Assembly: GCA_964652785.1 (NCBI GenBank)
Contig: CAZZDV010000003.1
Coordinates: 10,416-47,157, forward strand
DNA length: 36,742 nt
Direction: 5' to 3'
Source: an uncultured Bordetella sp.
Lineage (GTDB): Bacteria; Pseudomonadota; Gammaproteobacteria; Burkholderiales; SG8-39
Of the stretch, positions 22,588 through 33,597 are shown piece by piece. Each line of letters opens with the position of its first letter. Within the stretch, counting starts at the first letter, position 1. Both the position numbers and the translations under genes were made by a program. The notes below the pieces were generated by a model. The model searched no databases and had not been told where the DNA came from. It saw only the letters and a list, made by a program, of their open reading frames with translations.

Positions 22588-23999
22588 TTCGCCCCCTCGG
22601 CCGATGGCCCCGTCATGTCCTCGGCGCGCACCCATTGGTCGAACTCGTCCGCGCCCACGAAACCGAGCTCGATCGCCGCCTCCCTCAGCGTGCTCCCGCT
22701 CGCGTGTGCGTGCTTCGCGATCTGCGCGGCACGGTCATAGCCGATGTGCGGCGCCAAAGCTGTCACCAGCATGAGCGAATTGCCCACCAGCTCGCCAATG
22801 CGCGCCTCGTTCGGCTCGATGCCGCGCGCGCAGTGCTCCTCGAAGCTCTCCATGCCGTCCGACAGCAGGCGAGTGCTTTGCAGGAAGCTGTTGATGAGCA
22901 GCGGCTTGAACACGTTGAGCTCGAAATTGCCCGAGGCGCCGCCGATGTTGATCGCGACGTCGTTGCCGAGCACCTGGACGCACAGCATGGTCATCGCTTC
23001 GCACTGCGTCGGGTTGACCTTGCCCGGCATGATCGAGCTGCCCGGCTCGTTCTCCGGGATGGAGATTTCCCCCAGTCCCGATCGTGGGCCGGACGCAAGC
23101 CAGCGAATGTCGTTTGCGATCTTGATCAGCGCGGCCGCCAGCGTCTTGAGGGCGCCGTGCGCAAACAACAGCGCTTCGTGACCGGCCAGCGCAGCGAACT
23201 TGTTCGGCGCGCTCACGAACGGCGCCCCGGTGTCGGTTGCCAGTGCGGCTGCGATTTTCTCCCCGAAATCGGGATGCGTGTTCAAGCCGGTGCCGACCGC
23301 GGTCCCGCCCGCGGCCAGCTCGCTAAGCCCAGGGAGCGTGGCGCGCAGGGCTCGCTCCGCCGATTCGAGCTGGGCGACATAGCCCGAGAACTCCTGGCCG
23401 AGCGTCAGGGGCGTCGCATCCTGCAAGTGCGTGCGCCCGATCTTGATGATGGCTTTGAACGCGTCGCGCTTGAGGGCAAGGGTCTCGCGCAACGCCTCGA
23501 GCGAGGGCAGGAGCGCGCGGTCGATCTGCAGCACCGCTGCGAGGTGCATGGCGGTCGGGAACACGTCGTTCGACGACTGGCCGAGGTTGACGTCGTCGTT
23601 CGGGTGCACGAGCCGCTTCTGCCCGCGCTCGCCACCGAGCAGTTCCGAGGCGCGGTTCGCCAGCACCTCGTTGACATTCATGTTGCTTTGCGTGCCGGAG
23701 CCGGTCTGCCAGACCGAGAGCGGGAATTCCTCGTCGAGCTTGCCGGCGAGCACTTCGTCGGCCGCGGACTGGATCGCCTGCGCCTTATCGGCTTCGAGGA
23801 GCCCGAGCGACAGGTTGACGCGGGCCGCCGCGCGCTTGGTCATTGCAAGCGCGCGCACCACCTCGATCGGCATGCGCTCGGTCGAGATGCGGAAGAACTG
23901 GCGGCTGCGCTCGGTCTGCGCGCCCCAAAGACGGTCGGCCGGGACTTCGATCGGGCCGAACGAATCCTTCTCGGTGCGGGTCGCGCTCATGCGCGACAT
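22584..23999 (-). CDS. fumC: Fumarate hydratase class II
   Basis: [42 protein letters not shown] signature. Confidence 0.98.
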   Translation of the reverse strand: MSRMSATRTEKDSFGPIEVPADRLWGAQTERSRQFFRISTERMPIEVVRALAMTKRAAARVNLSLGLLEADKAQAIQSAADEVLAGKLDEEFPLSVWQTGSGTQSNMNVNEVLANRASELLGGERGQKRLVHPNDDVNLGQSSNDVFPTAMHLAAVLQIDRALLPSLEALRETLALKRDAFKAIIKIGRTHLQDATPLTLGQEFSGYVAQLESAERALRATLPGLSELAAGGTAVGTGLNTHPDFGEKIAAALATDTGAPFVSAPNKFAALAGHEALLFAHGALKTLAAALIKIANDIRWLASGPRSGLGEISIPENEPGSSIMPGKVNPTQCEAMTMLCVQVLGNDVAINIGGASGNFELNVFKPLLINSFLQSTRLLSDGMESFEEHCARGIEPNEARIGELVGNSLMLVTALAPHIGYDRAAQIAKHAHASGSTLREAAIELGFVGADEFDQWVRAEDMTGPSAEGAN

Positions 24000-24039
24000 T
24001 CTGCTCCGGATTTGGCTGGCAGACGACTGCGGCGGCCGG

Positions 24040-24522
24040 CTACTGCTTCTGCAGCAGCGAGCGCAGCATCCAGGCGTTCTTCTCGTGGATCTGCATGCGC
24101 TGCGTAAGGAGATCGAGCGTCGGTTCGTCTTTGGCCTTGTCGGCCACCGGCAGCACCGAGCGCGCGGTGCGCACGATCGCCTCCTGTCCCTCGATCAGCA
24201 GCTCGATCATGCGGGTCGCCTTGGGGATCCCGTCGGTTTCCTCGATCGAAGCAAGCTTCTCGTACTGCTTGTAGGTTCCGGGCGCGTAGTGGCCCAGCGA
24301 GCGGATACGCTCGGCCACCAGGTCGATGGCATTCCACATTTCCGTGTATTGCTCCATGAACAGGATATGGAGCGTCTGGAACATCGGGCCTTCGACGTTC
24401 CAGTGGAAATTGTGCGTCTTGAGGTAGACGGTGTAGGTGTCGGCCAGCAGGCGCGACAAGCCCTCCGCGATCCGGGCGCGGTCTTTCTCGCTGATCCCGG
24501 TGTTCATCTGCATCTTTCCCAT
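24040..24522 (-). CDS. dps: Dps DNA-protecting mini-ferritin
   Basis: [38 protein letters not shown]; SD GGAGG before ATG 24522. Confidence 0.96.
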   Translation of the reverse strand: MGKMQMNTGISEKDRARIAEGLSRLLADTYTVYLKTHNFHWNVEGPMFQTLHILFMEQYTEMWNAIDLVAERIRSLGHYAPGTYKQYEKLASIEETDGIPKATRMIELLIEGQEAIVRTARSVLPVADKAKDEPTLDLLTQRMQIHEKNAWMLRSLLQKQ

Positions 24523-24578
24523 TGCGGCCTCCCATGATTTGCATGGGCTTAGTCTAACCAACTGCGTCCGCGCGGTCG

Positions 24579-24615
24579 AAAAATCGTTTTAATCGGACCC
24601 ATCGCAGAGCGCTAT
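24579..24615 (-). promoter_or_regulatory. OxyR-like site upstream of dps
   Basis: Minus strand ATAG-N7-CGAT-N7-ATTA-N7-TTTT versus consensus ATAG-N7-CTAT-N7-ATAG-N7-CTAT. Confidence 0.5.
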
Positions 24616-24735
24616 CGCGCGGCCGTCATTTACACTAGCGCGCACAGCGCTCCTGTAATTTCCTTGAATTAATCTGGATGCCCCGCCCCAGTCGACTCGT
24701 TTACCCCGTACGGCACCCTTCCCCTAAGGTATTTC

Positions 24736-25962
24736 ATGGCCTTGACGACGTCTTCCACCCTTGCCCGCGCGCCTGTGCGCTTGCTTCGCGCGGTCTTTCT
24801 GCTCCTCCCGATGATCGCGATGCTCGCAGCCTGCGGCGCGAAGGAAGCCGACAAGGCCAAAGGGCCGCCCGGAGGCGGCATGCCACTTGCGGAGGTCGGC
24901 GTCCTCACCGTTGCACCGCGCTCGGTCGGCCTCACGACGGAACTCCCGGGGCGACTGGAAGCCTCGCGCGTTGCGCAGGTACGCGCCCGGGCCGCGGGCA
25001 TCGTGCAAAGGCGCCTCTTCCGCGAAGGCAGCGATGTGCGCGCAGGCCAACCGCTGTACGAGATTGACAGCGCGCCCTATCGAGCCGCCCTCGCCAGCGC
25101 CGCCGCGTCCGTCGGGCGCGCGCAGGCCAGCCTCACGCAGGCCGCCGCGCAAGCCGAGCGCTACAAGCCGCTGCTCGAGGCCAACGCGATCAGCAAGCAG
25201 GATTACGTAAACGCAGTGGCATCGAAGGCGCAGGCCGAGGCCGACGTCGCAGCCGGCAATGCCGCCGTGCAAACCGCGCAGATCAACCTGAGCTACACGT
25301 CGGTGGTGTCGCCGATCTCGGGCCGCATCGGCCGCGCGCTGGTCACCGAGGGCGCGCTCGTGGGACAAGGCGAAGCCACGCCGCTGGCCATCGTCCAGCA
25401 GATCAACCCGATCTACGTCAACTTCACGCAATCCACCACCGAAGTGATGCGCTTGCGCCGCGCGGTCGAAAGCGGCCAGCTCAAGCGCTCGGGCGCCAAT
25501 GCGGCGCTGGTGCGCATCGAGCTCGAAGACGGCAGCGAGTACCCGCAGCCGGCGCGCCTGCTGTTTGCCGACCTGTCGGTGGACCCGACCTCAGGCCAGA
25601 TCACTTTGCGCGCCGAGGCGCCCAATCCCACCGGCATCCTGTTGCCGGGAATGTACGTGCGAGTGCGCCTCGAGCAAGCAGAGGCGAGCGCAGGCATCCT
25701 GCTGCCGCAGCAAGCCGTGACGCGTGGATCCACCGGCGACACCGTGATGGTGGTTGCTTCAGATGGCAAGGTGTTGCCTCGGCCAGTGAAGATCGGTTCG
25801 GCGCAGGGCGGCCAATGGGTGATCCTCGAAGGCCTCAACGCCGGCGAGCAGGTCATGGTCGACGGATTCCAGAAGCTGCGGCCGAACACGCCGGTCAAGC
25901 CGGTTCCATGGCAGCCGGCAGGCGCCACCGGCGCGGCACCCAAGCCGGCCGCCGGCCGCTAA
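24736..25962 (+). CDS. acrA: RND efflux periplasmic adaptor (AcrA/MexA-like lipoprotein)
   Basis: Lipobox LAAC, ELPGR, VRARAAGIV, SPISGRIG, LLPGMYVR. Confidence 0.92.
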   Translation: MALTTSSTLARAPVRLLRAVFLLLPMIAMLAACGAKEADKAKGPPGGGMPLAEVGVLTVAPRSVGLTTELPGRLEASRVAQVRARAAGIVQRRLFREGSDVRAGQPLYEIDSAPYRAALASAAASVGRAQASLTQAAAQAERYKPLLEANAISKQDYVNAVASKAQAEADVAAGNAAVQTAQINLSYTSVVSPISGRIGRALVTEGALVGQGEATPLAIVQQINPIYVNFTQSTTEVMRLRRAVESGQLKRSGANAALVRIELEDGSEYPQPARLLFADLSVDPTSGQITLRAEAPNPTGILLPGMYVRVRLEQAEASAGILLPQQAVTRGSTGDTVMVVASDGKVLPRPVKIGSAQGGQWVILEGLNAGEQVMVDGFQKLRPNTPVKPVPWQPAGATGAAPKPAAGR

Positions 25963-25974
25963 GGAACCCCGTCC

Positions 25975-28900
25975 ATGGCCCAGTTCTTCATCGATCGGCC
26001 CATCTTCGCGTGGGTGATCGCGCTCTTCATCATGGTGCTCGGCGGCGTGGCGGTGAAACTGCTGCCCGTCGCGCAATACCCCACCGTCGCGCCGCCTTCC
26101 ATCGTGCTGACCGCGACCTATCCGGGTGCGTCCGCCAAGAACCTCGAAGAGGCCGTGATCGGCGTCATCGAACAGGAGATGAACGGCTCCCCGGGCCTCA
26201 TCTACATGGAGTCGGTGAGCCAGGCCAACGGCGTTGGCACGATCACGCTCACGTTCGAATCCGGGACCGACCCGAACCTCGCGCAGGTCGATGTGCAGAA
26301 CCGGCTCAGCCGCGCCGCGCCCCGCCTGCCCTCCGCAGTGACGCAGCAAGGCGTGCGCGTCGACAAGGCCCGCTCGAACTTCCTGCTTTTCACCATCCTC
26401 TCGTCCGACAACCCCCAGTACGACCCGATCGCCCTGGGCGACTACGCGTCGCGCACCGTGCTGCCGGAGATCCAGCGCATTCGGGGCGTCGGACAGGCGC
26501 AGCTTTTCGGCACCGAGCGCTCGATGCGCATCTGGATCGACCCGGACAAGCTCGTCGGCTTCAACCTCACGCCGGTCGACGTGAACAACGCGATCCGCGC
26601 GCAGAACGCGCAGGTCCCCTCGGGCACGATCGGCGAGCTGCCCAACCTCGCCGCGCAGACGATCACCGCAACGGTCGTCGTCAACGGCCAGCTCACCTCG
26701 ACCGGGCAGTTCGGCAACATCCTGCTGCGCGCCAATACGGACGGCTCCACGGTGCGGCTGCGCGACGTCGCGCGCCTGGAGCTTGGCGCGCAAACCTATG
26801 CCACCTCGGCGCGTCTCAACGGCAAACCTTCGACGGGCATTGGCGTCCAGCTTTCCCCCACGGGCAACGCCCTGGCGACCGCGGACGCGATCCACAAGCG
26901 CATGGGTGAGCTGGCCGCCTACTTCCCGCCGGGCGTGAAGTACGACATCCCGTACGACAGCTCGCGCTTCGTGCGCATCTCGATCAGCCAGGTGGTCGAA
27001 ACGCTGATCATCGCGGTGATCCTCGTTTTCCTCGTGATGTTCCTGTTCCTGCAGAACCTGCGCTACACGCTGATTCCAACGATCGTGGTTCCGGTCGCGC
27101 TCATGGGCTCGGTCGGCGTGATGTACGCCTTCGGCTTTTCGATCAACGTGCTGACCATGTTCGCAATGGTGCTCGCGGTGGGGATCCTCGTCGACGATGC
27201 GATCGTGGTGATCGAGAACGTCGAGCGCATCATGAGCGAGGAGGGGCTCTCACCGCGCGAGGCCACGCGCAAGGCCATGGGGCAGATCACCTCCGCGTTG
27301 ATCGGCATCACGGTCACGCTGGTGTCGGTTTTCCTCCCGATGGCGTTCTTCGCCGGCGCCGTGGGCAGCATCTACCGCCAGTTCTCGCTGGTGATGGTGA
27401 GCTCGATGCTGTTCTCGGTATTCCTCGCGCTGTCGCTGACGCCCGCGCTTTGCGCCACCTTCCTCAAGCCGGTCGAGGCCGGCCATCATCATGCGAAGGG
27501 GGGATTCTTCGGCTGGTTCAACCGCGGCTTCACGCGCACCACGAAGGGTTACGAGAACTGGGTGGCGGGACTCCTCAAGCGCACCGGCCGGGTCCTGCTG
27601 GTGTTCGCAGCGATCGTCGCGGTCGTGGCCGTGCTGATCGCGCGGTTGCCGCAATCGTTCCTGCCCAGCGAAGACCAGGGCTACATCATCGCCAACGTCC
27701 AGCTGCCGCCGGGCGCGACGCGGGAGCGCACGCTCGCCGTCATGCAGCAGGCGGAAGGCTTCATGCTCAAGCAGCCGGAAGTCGACAAGATGGTCACCGT
27801 GCTCGGCTTCAGCTTCTCGGGCAGCGGCCAGAACGCCGCGCTTGCGTTCGTGCCGCTCAAGCACTGGGACGAGCGCAAGGGCCCGGACCATTCCGCGCAG
27901 GCGCTCGCGCGCCGCGCGTTCGGCGCGCTCATGGGCGTGCGCGACGCGTTTATCTTCGCGCTCGCGCCGCCGGCAATTCCCGAGCTCGGCACTGCAACCG
28001 GTTTCAACTTCCGCCTGCAGGACCGCGGCGGCGCCGGGCATACCGCCCTCCTCGCCGCGCGCAACCAGCTGCTCGGCGCGGCCGCGCAGAGCAAGATCCT
28101 CGCGGGCGTGCGTCCCGACGGACTGGAAGACGCGCCGCAGTTGCAGGTCGACATCGACCGCGACCGCGCAGGCGCGCTTGGCCTGTCGTTCGACGCCATC
28201 AACGCGGTGCTGGCCACGGCCATCGGCTCGCTCTACATCAACGATTTTCCGAACGCAGGCCGCATGCAGCGTGTAGTGGTGCAGGCCGAGGCGTTCGCGC
28301 GCATGCAGCCCGAAGACCTGCTCAAGCTCAACGTCAAGACCAGCCAGGGAAAGTTGGTGCCGATCTCGGCGTTTGCGACCACGCGCTGGGTGACCGGGCC
28401 GATGCAGGCGATCCGTTACAACGGGTATCCCAGCATGCGCCTGGCCGGTGACGCGGCGCCCGGCTTCAGCACCGGCGAGGCGATGAACGAAATGGAGCGC
28501 CTCGCCGGGCAGCTGCCTGCCGGCTTCGCGTTCGAATGGACCGGCCAGTCGCGTGAAGAAAAACTCGCCGGCGCGCAAGCGGCCATCCTTATCGCTTTCT
28601 CGATGCTCGCCGTGTTCCTCTGCCTTGCCGCCCTCTACGAGAGCTGGGCGATCCCGTTCGCGGTGTTGCTCGTCGTGCCGCTGGGCGTGCTGGGCGCGGT
28701 GCTCGGCGTGACGCTGCGCGGCATGCCGAACGACGTGTTCTTCAAAGTCGGCCTCATTGCGGTGATAGGTCTATCGGCGAAGAACGCGATCCTGATCATC
28801 GAGTTCGCCAAGGAGCTGCATGCGCAAGGCAAGGACCTCATCGAAGCCACGCTCGAGGCCTGCCACCTGCGGTTCCGTCCGATCCTGATGACCTCCATCG

Positions 28901-29148
28901 CGTTCATCGTGGGCGTCCTGCCGCTGGTGATCTCCACCGGGGCGGGCTCGGCCAGCCAGCGCGCGATCGGCACGGGCGTCATGTTCGGCATGATCACGGC
29001 AACCGTGCTCGCGGTGTTCTTCGTGCCGGTGTTCTTCGTGGTCGTGCGACGGATGTTCAAGGGCCGCGTGCACGCACCGGCCCCGCCGGCCGTCGATCCC
29101 GCGCCGGCCGTCGATCCCGCGCTGGCCGCTTTGGAGGTGAAATCATGA
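25975..29148 (+). CDS. acrB: HAE1 RND transporter (AcrB/MexB-like)
   Basis: MAQFFIDRPIFAWV, GILVDDAIVVIENVER, LSAKNAILIIEFA, RFRPILMTS. Confidence 0.96.
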   Translation: MAQFFIDRPIFAWVIALFIMVLGGVAVKLLPVAQYPTVAPPSIVLTATYPGASAKNLEEAVIGVIEQEMNGSPGLIYMESVSQANGVGTITLTFESGTDPNLAQVDVQNRLSRAAPRLPSAVTQQGVRVDKARSNFLLFTILSSDNPQYDPIALGDYASRTVLPEIQRIRGVGQAQLFGTERSMRIWIDPDKLVGFNLTPVDVNNAIRAQNAQVPSGTIGELPNLAAQTITATVVVNGQLTSTGQFGNILLRANTDGSTVRLRDVARLELGAQTYATSARLNGKPSTGIGVQLSPTGNALATADAIHKRMGELAAYFPPGVKYDIPYDSSRFVRISISQVVETLIIAVILVFLVMFLFLQNLRYTLIPTIVVPVALMGSVGVMYAFGFSINVLTMFAMVLAVGILVDDAIVVIENVERIMSEEGLSPREATRKAMGQITSALIGITVTLVSVFLPMAFFAGAVGSIYRQFSLVMVSSMLFSVFLALSLTPALCATFLKPVEAGHHHAKGGFFGWFNRGFTRTTKGYENWVAGLLKRTGRVLLVFAAIVAVVAVLIARLPQSFLPSEDQGYIIANVQLPPGATRERTLAVMQQAEGFMLKQPEVDKMVTVLGFSFSGSGQNAALAFVPLKHWDERKGPDHSAQALARRAFGALMGVRDAFIFALAPPAIPELGTATGFNFRLQDRGGAGHTALLAARNQLLGAAAQSKILAGVRPDGLEDAPQLQVDIDRDRAGALGLSFDAINAVLATAIGSLYINDFPNAGRMQRVVVQAEAFARMQPEDLLKLNVKTSQGKLVPISAFATTRWVTGPMQAIRYNGYPSMRLAGDAAPGFSTGEAMNEMERLAGQLPAGFAFEWTGQSREEKLAGAQAAILIAFSMLAVFLCLAALYESWAIPFAVLLVVPLGVLGAVLGVTLRGMPNDVFFKVGLIAVIGLSAKNAILIIEFAKELHAQGKDLIEATLEACHLRFRPILMTSIAFIVGVLPLVISTGAGSASQRAIGTGVMFGMITATVLAVFFVPVFFVVVRRMFKGRVHAPAPPAVDPAPAVDPALAALEVKS
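29085..29120. repeat. Perfect 18-bp tandem duplication GCCGGCCGTCGATCCCGC x2
   Basis: Encodes PAVDPA x2 in the AcrB C-terminal tail. Confidence 0.88.
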
Positions 29149-30593
29149 GCGCGCCGCGCTGGAATACGCTTTCTCCGCATCGGGCGCGCGCGTTGGCGCT
29201 CGCGACTCTTGCCGCGGTCACGGTGCTTGGTGGATGCGCCTCGATGGCGCCGCCCCTGGAGCGCCCCGCGCCCCCGGTGGCGAGCACCTTCCCGAATGTC
29301 GACCCGGGCGCCCCGGGCGCCACGGGCCCGCGGGCGGGCGAGATCGAGTGGCAGCGTTTCTTCGGCGACCCGCGCCTCAAGCGCCTCATCGAGATCGCCT
29401 TGCAGAACAACCGCGACCTGCGTGTTTCGGTTCTCAACATCGAGCAGGCGCGTGCGCAGTACCAGGTGCGCAGGGCCGACGAGCTGCCGACGGTGGGTGC
29501 CGGCGTCTCGGCATCGCTCCAGCCCAGCGGTCGGGGCCGCACCGGCAACCTCTACGCCGCCGGACTGACCGTGACGTCCTACGAGCTCGATCTCTTCGGC
29601 CGCGTTCGCAGCCTGAGCGACGCGGCGCTCGCTACGTACTTCGGCACCGAGGAAGGCCGCAAGGCCGCGCAGATCACGCTGATCTCGGCTGTAGCCACGA
29701 CCTACCTCAGCCTGCTCGCGGACGACGAACTGCTGGCCGTGACCCGCCAGACGCTTGTCACCCGGGAAGAGTCCTTCAAGCTCACCAAGCTCAAGTTCGA
29801 TGCCGGCGCCGCCTCGGAGCTCGATTTCCGGCAGGCCGAATCGCTGCTCGAAGGCGCCCGCGTAACGCTCGCGCAGCTCGTGCGCCAGCGCGCCCTCGAC
29901 GAGAACGCGCTCATCCTGCTGATCGGCCAGCCGCTGCCCGCCGAGTTGCCGGGAGGCCTTGGGGTCACCGGGCCGCAGGTGATGCCCGACCTGCCCGCGG
30001 GCCTGCCCTCGGAAGTGCTGGTGCGCCGCCCCGACGTGCGCCTCGCCGAGCAGCAGCTGATTGCCGCGAACGCGAACATTGGCGCAGCCCGAGCCGCCTT
30101 CTTCCCGCGGATCTCCCTCACTGGCGGCCTGGGCACCGCGAGCACCGAGCTCTCGGGTCTGCTCAGGAGCGGATCGTTCGGCCTGACCCTCGCGCCCCAG
30201 CTCCTGCTGCCGATCTTCGACGCGGGGCGCAACCGGGCCAATCTGGAAGTGTCGCTTGTAAACCGCGACATCGCGGTGGCTCAGTACGAGAAAACGATCC
30301 AGACTGCGTTTCGCGAGGTGTCGGATTCCCTCGCGGGGCGCGCCACCCTGGATGAGCAGGTTCGCGCGCAAGCGGCGCAACTGAATGCCGAGGCGATCCG
30401 GTTCAAGCTTGCGGACCTGCGCTATCGCGCCGGCGCAGCGAGCTACCTCGATGTCCTCGATGCGCAACGCGCGCTGTTCTCGTCGCAACAGGGGCTCGTG
30501 CAAGTGCAGGCCGCGCGCGTGCAGAACCTCGTCACGCTATACAAAGTGCTGGGCGGCGGCTGGAGCGGGGAAACCGCGGCACCCCGTCCCTGA
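29145..30593 (+). CDS. oprM: Outer membrane efflux lipoprotein (OprM/NodT family)
   Basis: Lipobox LGGC, ALQNNRDLR, YELDLFGR, RRPDV, LYKVLGGGW; ATGA overlap with acrB. Confidence 0.93.
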   Translation: MSAPRWNTLSPHRARALALATLAAVTVLGGCASMAPPLERPAPPVASTFPNVDPGAPGATGPRAGEIEWQRFFGDPRLKRLIEIALQNNRDLRVSVLNIEQARAQYQVRRADELPTVGAGVSASLQPSGRGRTGNLYAAGLTVTSYELDLFGRVRSLSDAALATYFGTEEGRKAAQITLISAVATTYLSLLADDELLAVTRQTLVTREESFKLTKLKFDAGAASELDFRQAESLLEGARVTLAQLVRQRALDENALILLIGQPLPAELPGGLGVTGPQVMPDLPAGLPSEVLVRRPDVRLAEQQLIAANANIGAARAAFFPRISLTGGLGTASTELSGLLRSGSFGLTLAPQLLLPIFDAGRNRANLEVSLVNRDIAVAQYEKTIQTAFREVSDSLAGRATLDEQVRAQAAQLNAEAIRFKLADLRYRAGAASYLDVLDAQRALFSSQQGLVQVQAARVQNLVTLYKVLGGGWSGETAAPRP

Positions 30594-30599
30594 CGAACC

Positions 30600-31295
30600 T
30601 TATGGAAGATCGAAAAGAATGACCTCGGCGTCGCGCCCCTGCTCGAGCACGATCTGCGCTGTGTCAGTGGCTTTGAGGGCGTCGCCGGTCTTGAGCGGCG
30701 TGCCGTTGGCCGTCACCTCGCCGCGAGCCACGTGCACGTAGGCACGGCGTCCCTTTGCAAGCGGGTGCACCGCTTTGTCTGCGCCATCCAGCAACCCGGC
30801 ATAGATCGACGCATCCTGGTGGATCGTCACCGAGCCGTCGCGCGCGTCGGGCGATGCGATGAGGCGCAGGCGCCCGCGCTTGGACGCAACGTCGAAATGC
30901 TTCTGCTCGTAGCCGGGCGGGATGCCGCGCACGTTCGGCTCGATCCAGATCTGCAGGAAATGGGTGACCGACGCGGCGTGGTTGTACTCGCTGTGCCGCA
31001 CGCCGCTGCCGGCGCTCATCCTTTGCACGTCGCCGGGCACGATCGTGGAGCCGGTGCCCATCGAGTCCTTGTGCGCCAACTCGCCTTCGAGCACGTAGCT
31101 GATGATCTCCATGTCGCGATGGCCGTGCGTGCCAAAGCCCTGGTCCGGGTTGATGCGGTCCTCGTTGATCACGCGCAGCGCGCCGAACCCCATGTGGTCC
31201 GGATCCTGGTAGTCGGCAAAGGAAAACGTATGGAAAGAGCGCAGCCATCCGTGGTCTGCGTACCCCCGTTCAGCCGATTTGCGTACTTCGAGCAT
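30600..31295 (-). CDS. yhhW: Pirin family protein (YhhW-like)
   Basis: HGWLRSFHTFSF, LRVINED, HGHRDMEI, HSEYN, FLQIW. Confidence 0.93.
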   Translation of the reverse strand: MLEVRKSAERGYADHGWLRSFHTFSFADYQDPDHMGFGALRVINEDRINPDQGFGTHGHRDMEIISYVLEGELAHKDSMGTGSTIVPGDVQRMSAGSGVRHSEYNHAASVTHFLQIWIEPNVRGIPPGYEQKHFDVASKRGRLRLIASPDARDGSVTIHQDASIYAGLLDGADKAVHPLAKGRRAYVHVARGEVTANGTPLKTGDALKATDTAQIVLEQGRDAEVILFDLP

Positions 31296-31337
31296 TGTTG
31301 CCTCCGAATTGGTTCATCGGTATTGAATGCACAGGAA

Positions 31338-31721
31338 TCAGTCTAGCTTGGCGGCTTCGTCGTTCTCGCGCGCGGCGATTTCCTTCTGCACTTCGGCCAT
31401 GTCGACCTGCTTGGCTTTCTCGATGAGATCGCCCAACGCGCCCGCCGCCAGCGCGCCGGCCTGCGAGTAGAGGATCACCTTGTCGCGAAACACCATGAGC
31501 GTCGGGATCGACCGGATGTCGAAAGCGGCGGCGATCTCCTGTTCGTCCTCGGTGTTCACTTTTGCGAAGACAATGTCTGCGTGCGACTCGGAGGCCTTCT
31601 CGAACACCGGCGCAAATCCCCGGCACGGCCCGCACCAGGGCGCCCAGAAGTCCACGATCACCACCGGGTTGCCGGTGACGACCTGCTCGAAATTGTCCTT
31701 GTTCAACTCGACGGTCGCCAT
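31338..31721 (-). CDS. Thioredoxin
   Basis: DFWAPWCGPC, IRSIPTL. Confidence 0.95.
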   Translation of the reverse strand: MATVELNKDNFEQVVTGNPVVIVDFWAPWCGPCRGFAPVFEKASESHADIVFAKVNTEDEQEIAAAFDIRSIPTLMVFRDKVILYSQAGALAAGALGDLIEKAKQVDMAEVQKEIAARENDEAAKLD

Positions 31722-31824
31722 GTGCGGCCCCTTCGACGGAAAGCATAATGATACGCGCCGCCTTCAATAGACGTCGTTACCGACTTCACACAACAAGCAA
31801 GATTCGCCTGTTTATCCCGCAAGA

Positions 31825-32718
31825 ATGACGATCTCTATCGGGCGCTTTGCGCCTTCACCCTCCGGCCCGCTCCATTTCGGCTCGCTCGTTGCGGCACTGG
31901 GGAGCTACCTGGATGCGCGCGCGAGCGGCGGTCGCTGGCTGGTGCGCATCGAGGACGTGGACGAACCGCGAACGCAGGCGGGCGCCGCCGAAACGATTTT
32001 CGCGTCGCTCGAACGTTGCGGTTTCGAATGGGACGGGTCCGTCCTGCGGCAGAGCGAGCGGAAGGAACGTTACCGCGAGGTCTTCGAGCAACTGGTGGCC
32101 TCGGGCGCGGCGTATGCGTGCGGATGCACGCGCAAGGAGATTGCGGATTCAGCGCTTGCAGTCGATGGCGCGCGCATCTATCCGGGAACGTGTCGTAACG
32201 GCCTCGCCCCCGGTCGCGAGGCGCGCGCCTTCCGCGTAAGAACGCAAGCCGGCCCTGTCGAATTTGCCGATCGAGTGCAAGGCCGCATCGCGCAGGACAT
32301 CGAACGCGACGTCGGCGACTTCGTGCTTCTGCGCGCCGACGGCTACTTCGCCTACCAGCTCGCCGTGGTCGTGGACGATGCGGACCAGGGCATCACCGAC
32401 GTGGTGAGAGGCGCCGACCTGCTCGATTCGACCGCGCGCCAGATCCATTTGCAGCGATTGCTGGGGTTGTCCACGCCCCGCTACCTGCACCTGCCGGTCG
32501 CAGTCAACGCGCAAGGCGAGAAGCTTTCGAAGCAGACCGAAGCGCGCGCAGCCGGGCCCGGATCACTGCCTGCGGCGTTCGAATTCCTCAGGCATGCATT
32601 GCCCAAAGAGCTGGTCGACGCGCCGGCAACGCAACAGCTCGCATGGGGCATCGCCCACTGGGACGCGGAGCGAATCCCGAAGACGCGCGCTATTGCCGCT
32701 TCCTCGCAGGACGGTTGA
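31825..32718 (+). CDS. gluQ: Glutamyl-Q tRNA(Asp) synthetase
   Basis: [40 protein letters not shown]; no anticodon-binding domain. Confidence 0.95.
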   Translation: MTISIGRFAPSPSGPLHFGSLVAALGSYLDARASGGRWLVRIEDVDEPRTQAGAAETIFASLERCGFEWDGSVLRQSERKERYREVFEQLVASGAAYACGCTRKEIADSALAVDGARIYPGTCRNGLAPGREARAFRVRTQAGPVEFADRVQGRIAQDIERDVGDFVLLRADGYFAYQLAVVVDDADQGITDVVRGADLLDSTARQIHLQRLLGLSTPRYLHLPVAVNAQGEKLSKQTEARAAGPGSLPAAFEFLRHALPKELVDAPATQQLAWGIAHWDAERIPKTRAIAASSQDG

Positions 32719-33589
32719 CCGCCAGCACCGCGAGGACGACACAGGCCAGCGCTGCGTACTCCTGCACGCTTGGCCGTTCTCCAAGAAAAACGAATCCGCA
32801 GAGCACACCCACGATCGGCACCGACAGCACGCTTATCGAGGACACGGTCACCGAAACGCTCGAGGCGATCTTGAACCACGCCCAGTAGGCAAAAGCGAAA
32901 GCGATGACGATGTTGTAGAGCAGCGCGAGCCATGCCGCGGTGCCCACGGGGGTCCACGCATTGCGCTCGAAGACCAGGGTGCCCAGGAGGATCGGCAGGC
33001 CGCCCAGCGACATCGTCCACGCGGTAAACGTGCCCGTCGGCAGGCCGAGCGGCCAGCGTTTCAGCATCACCGTGCCGATGGCCCATGTAAAAGCTGCGCC
33101 CAACGCAAGCAGCGCGCCGAGCGGCGCGCGGCCGATCACGACGAGGTCCTCGCCGATCAGCAGCGCCATGCCGATCATGCCGAGCAGCAACGCGCCGACT
33201 TTGCGGCCCGTGATCTTCTCGCCGAGCAGCCAGGCCGACAGCGGCACCGACCAGACGGGCATCGTGAAAGCGAGGATCGCCGCACGCCCCGAAGGGATCA
33301 TCATGAGCCCGAACGCGATCATCATGTTCCAGCAGGTCACGTTGAAGAACGCGAGGACCGCGAGCTTTCCCCACAGGTGCCGCGGCACGCGCAGGCTGTT
33401 GCCGGCGGCATAGGCGATACCGAAAAGCAGCAGCGAGCCGAACGTGATGCACAGGCTGCGGAAGATCCAGGGCGTGAACTCGTCCAGCGCGACCTTCATC
33501 GCCGTCCAGTTGAATCCCCACGCGAAGGTCAGCCCGGCGAGCGTCCACCAAAGCGACCTCGGCATGCGCTGGTCGCTGGTCGGCGTCAT
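32690..33589 (-). CDS. EamA/DMT family transporter
   Basis: About 10 TM helices, WGFNW, FTMPVW, LGE repeats; start ATG 33589 or GTG 33601. Confidence 0.9.
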   Translation of the reverse strand: MTPTSDQRMPRSLWWTLAGLTFAWGFNWTAMKVALDEFTPWIFRSLCITFGSLLLFGIAYAAGNSLRVPRHLWGKLAVLAFFNVTCWNMMIAFGLMMIPSGRAAILAFTMPVWSVPLSAWLLGEKITGRKVGALLLGMIGMALLIGEDLVVIGRAPLGALLALGAAFTWAIGTVMLKRWPLGLPTGTFTAWTMSLGGLPILLGTLVFERNAWTPVGTAAWLALLYNIVIAFAFAYWAWFKIASSVSVTVSSISVLSVPIVGVLCGFVFLGERPSVQEYAALACVVLAVLAVNRPARKRQ

Positions 33590-33597
33590 CGCGACGC

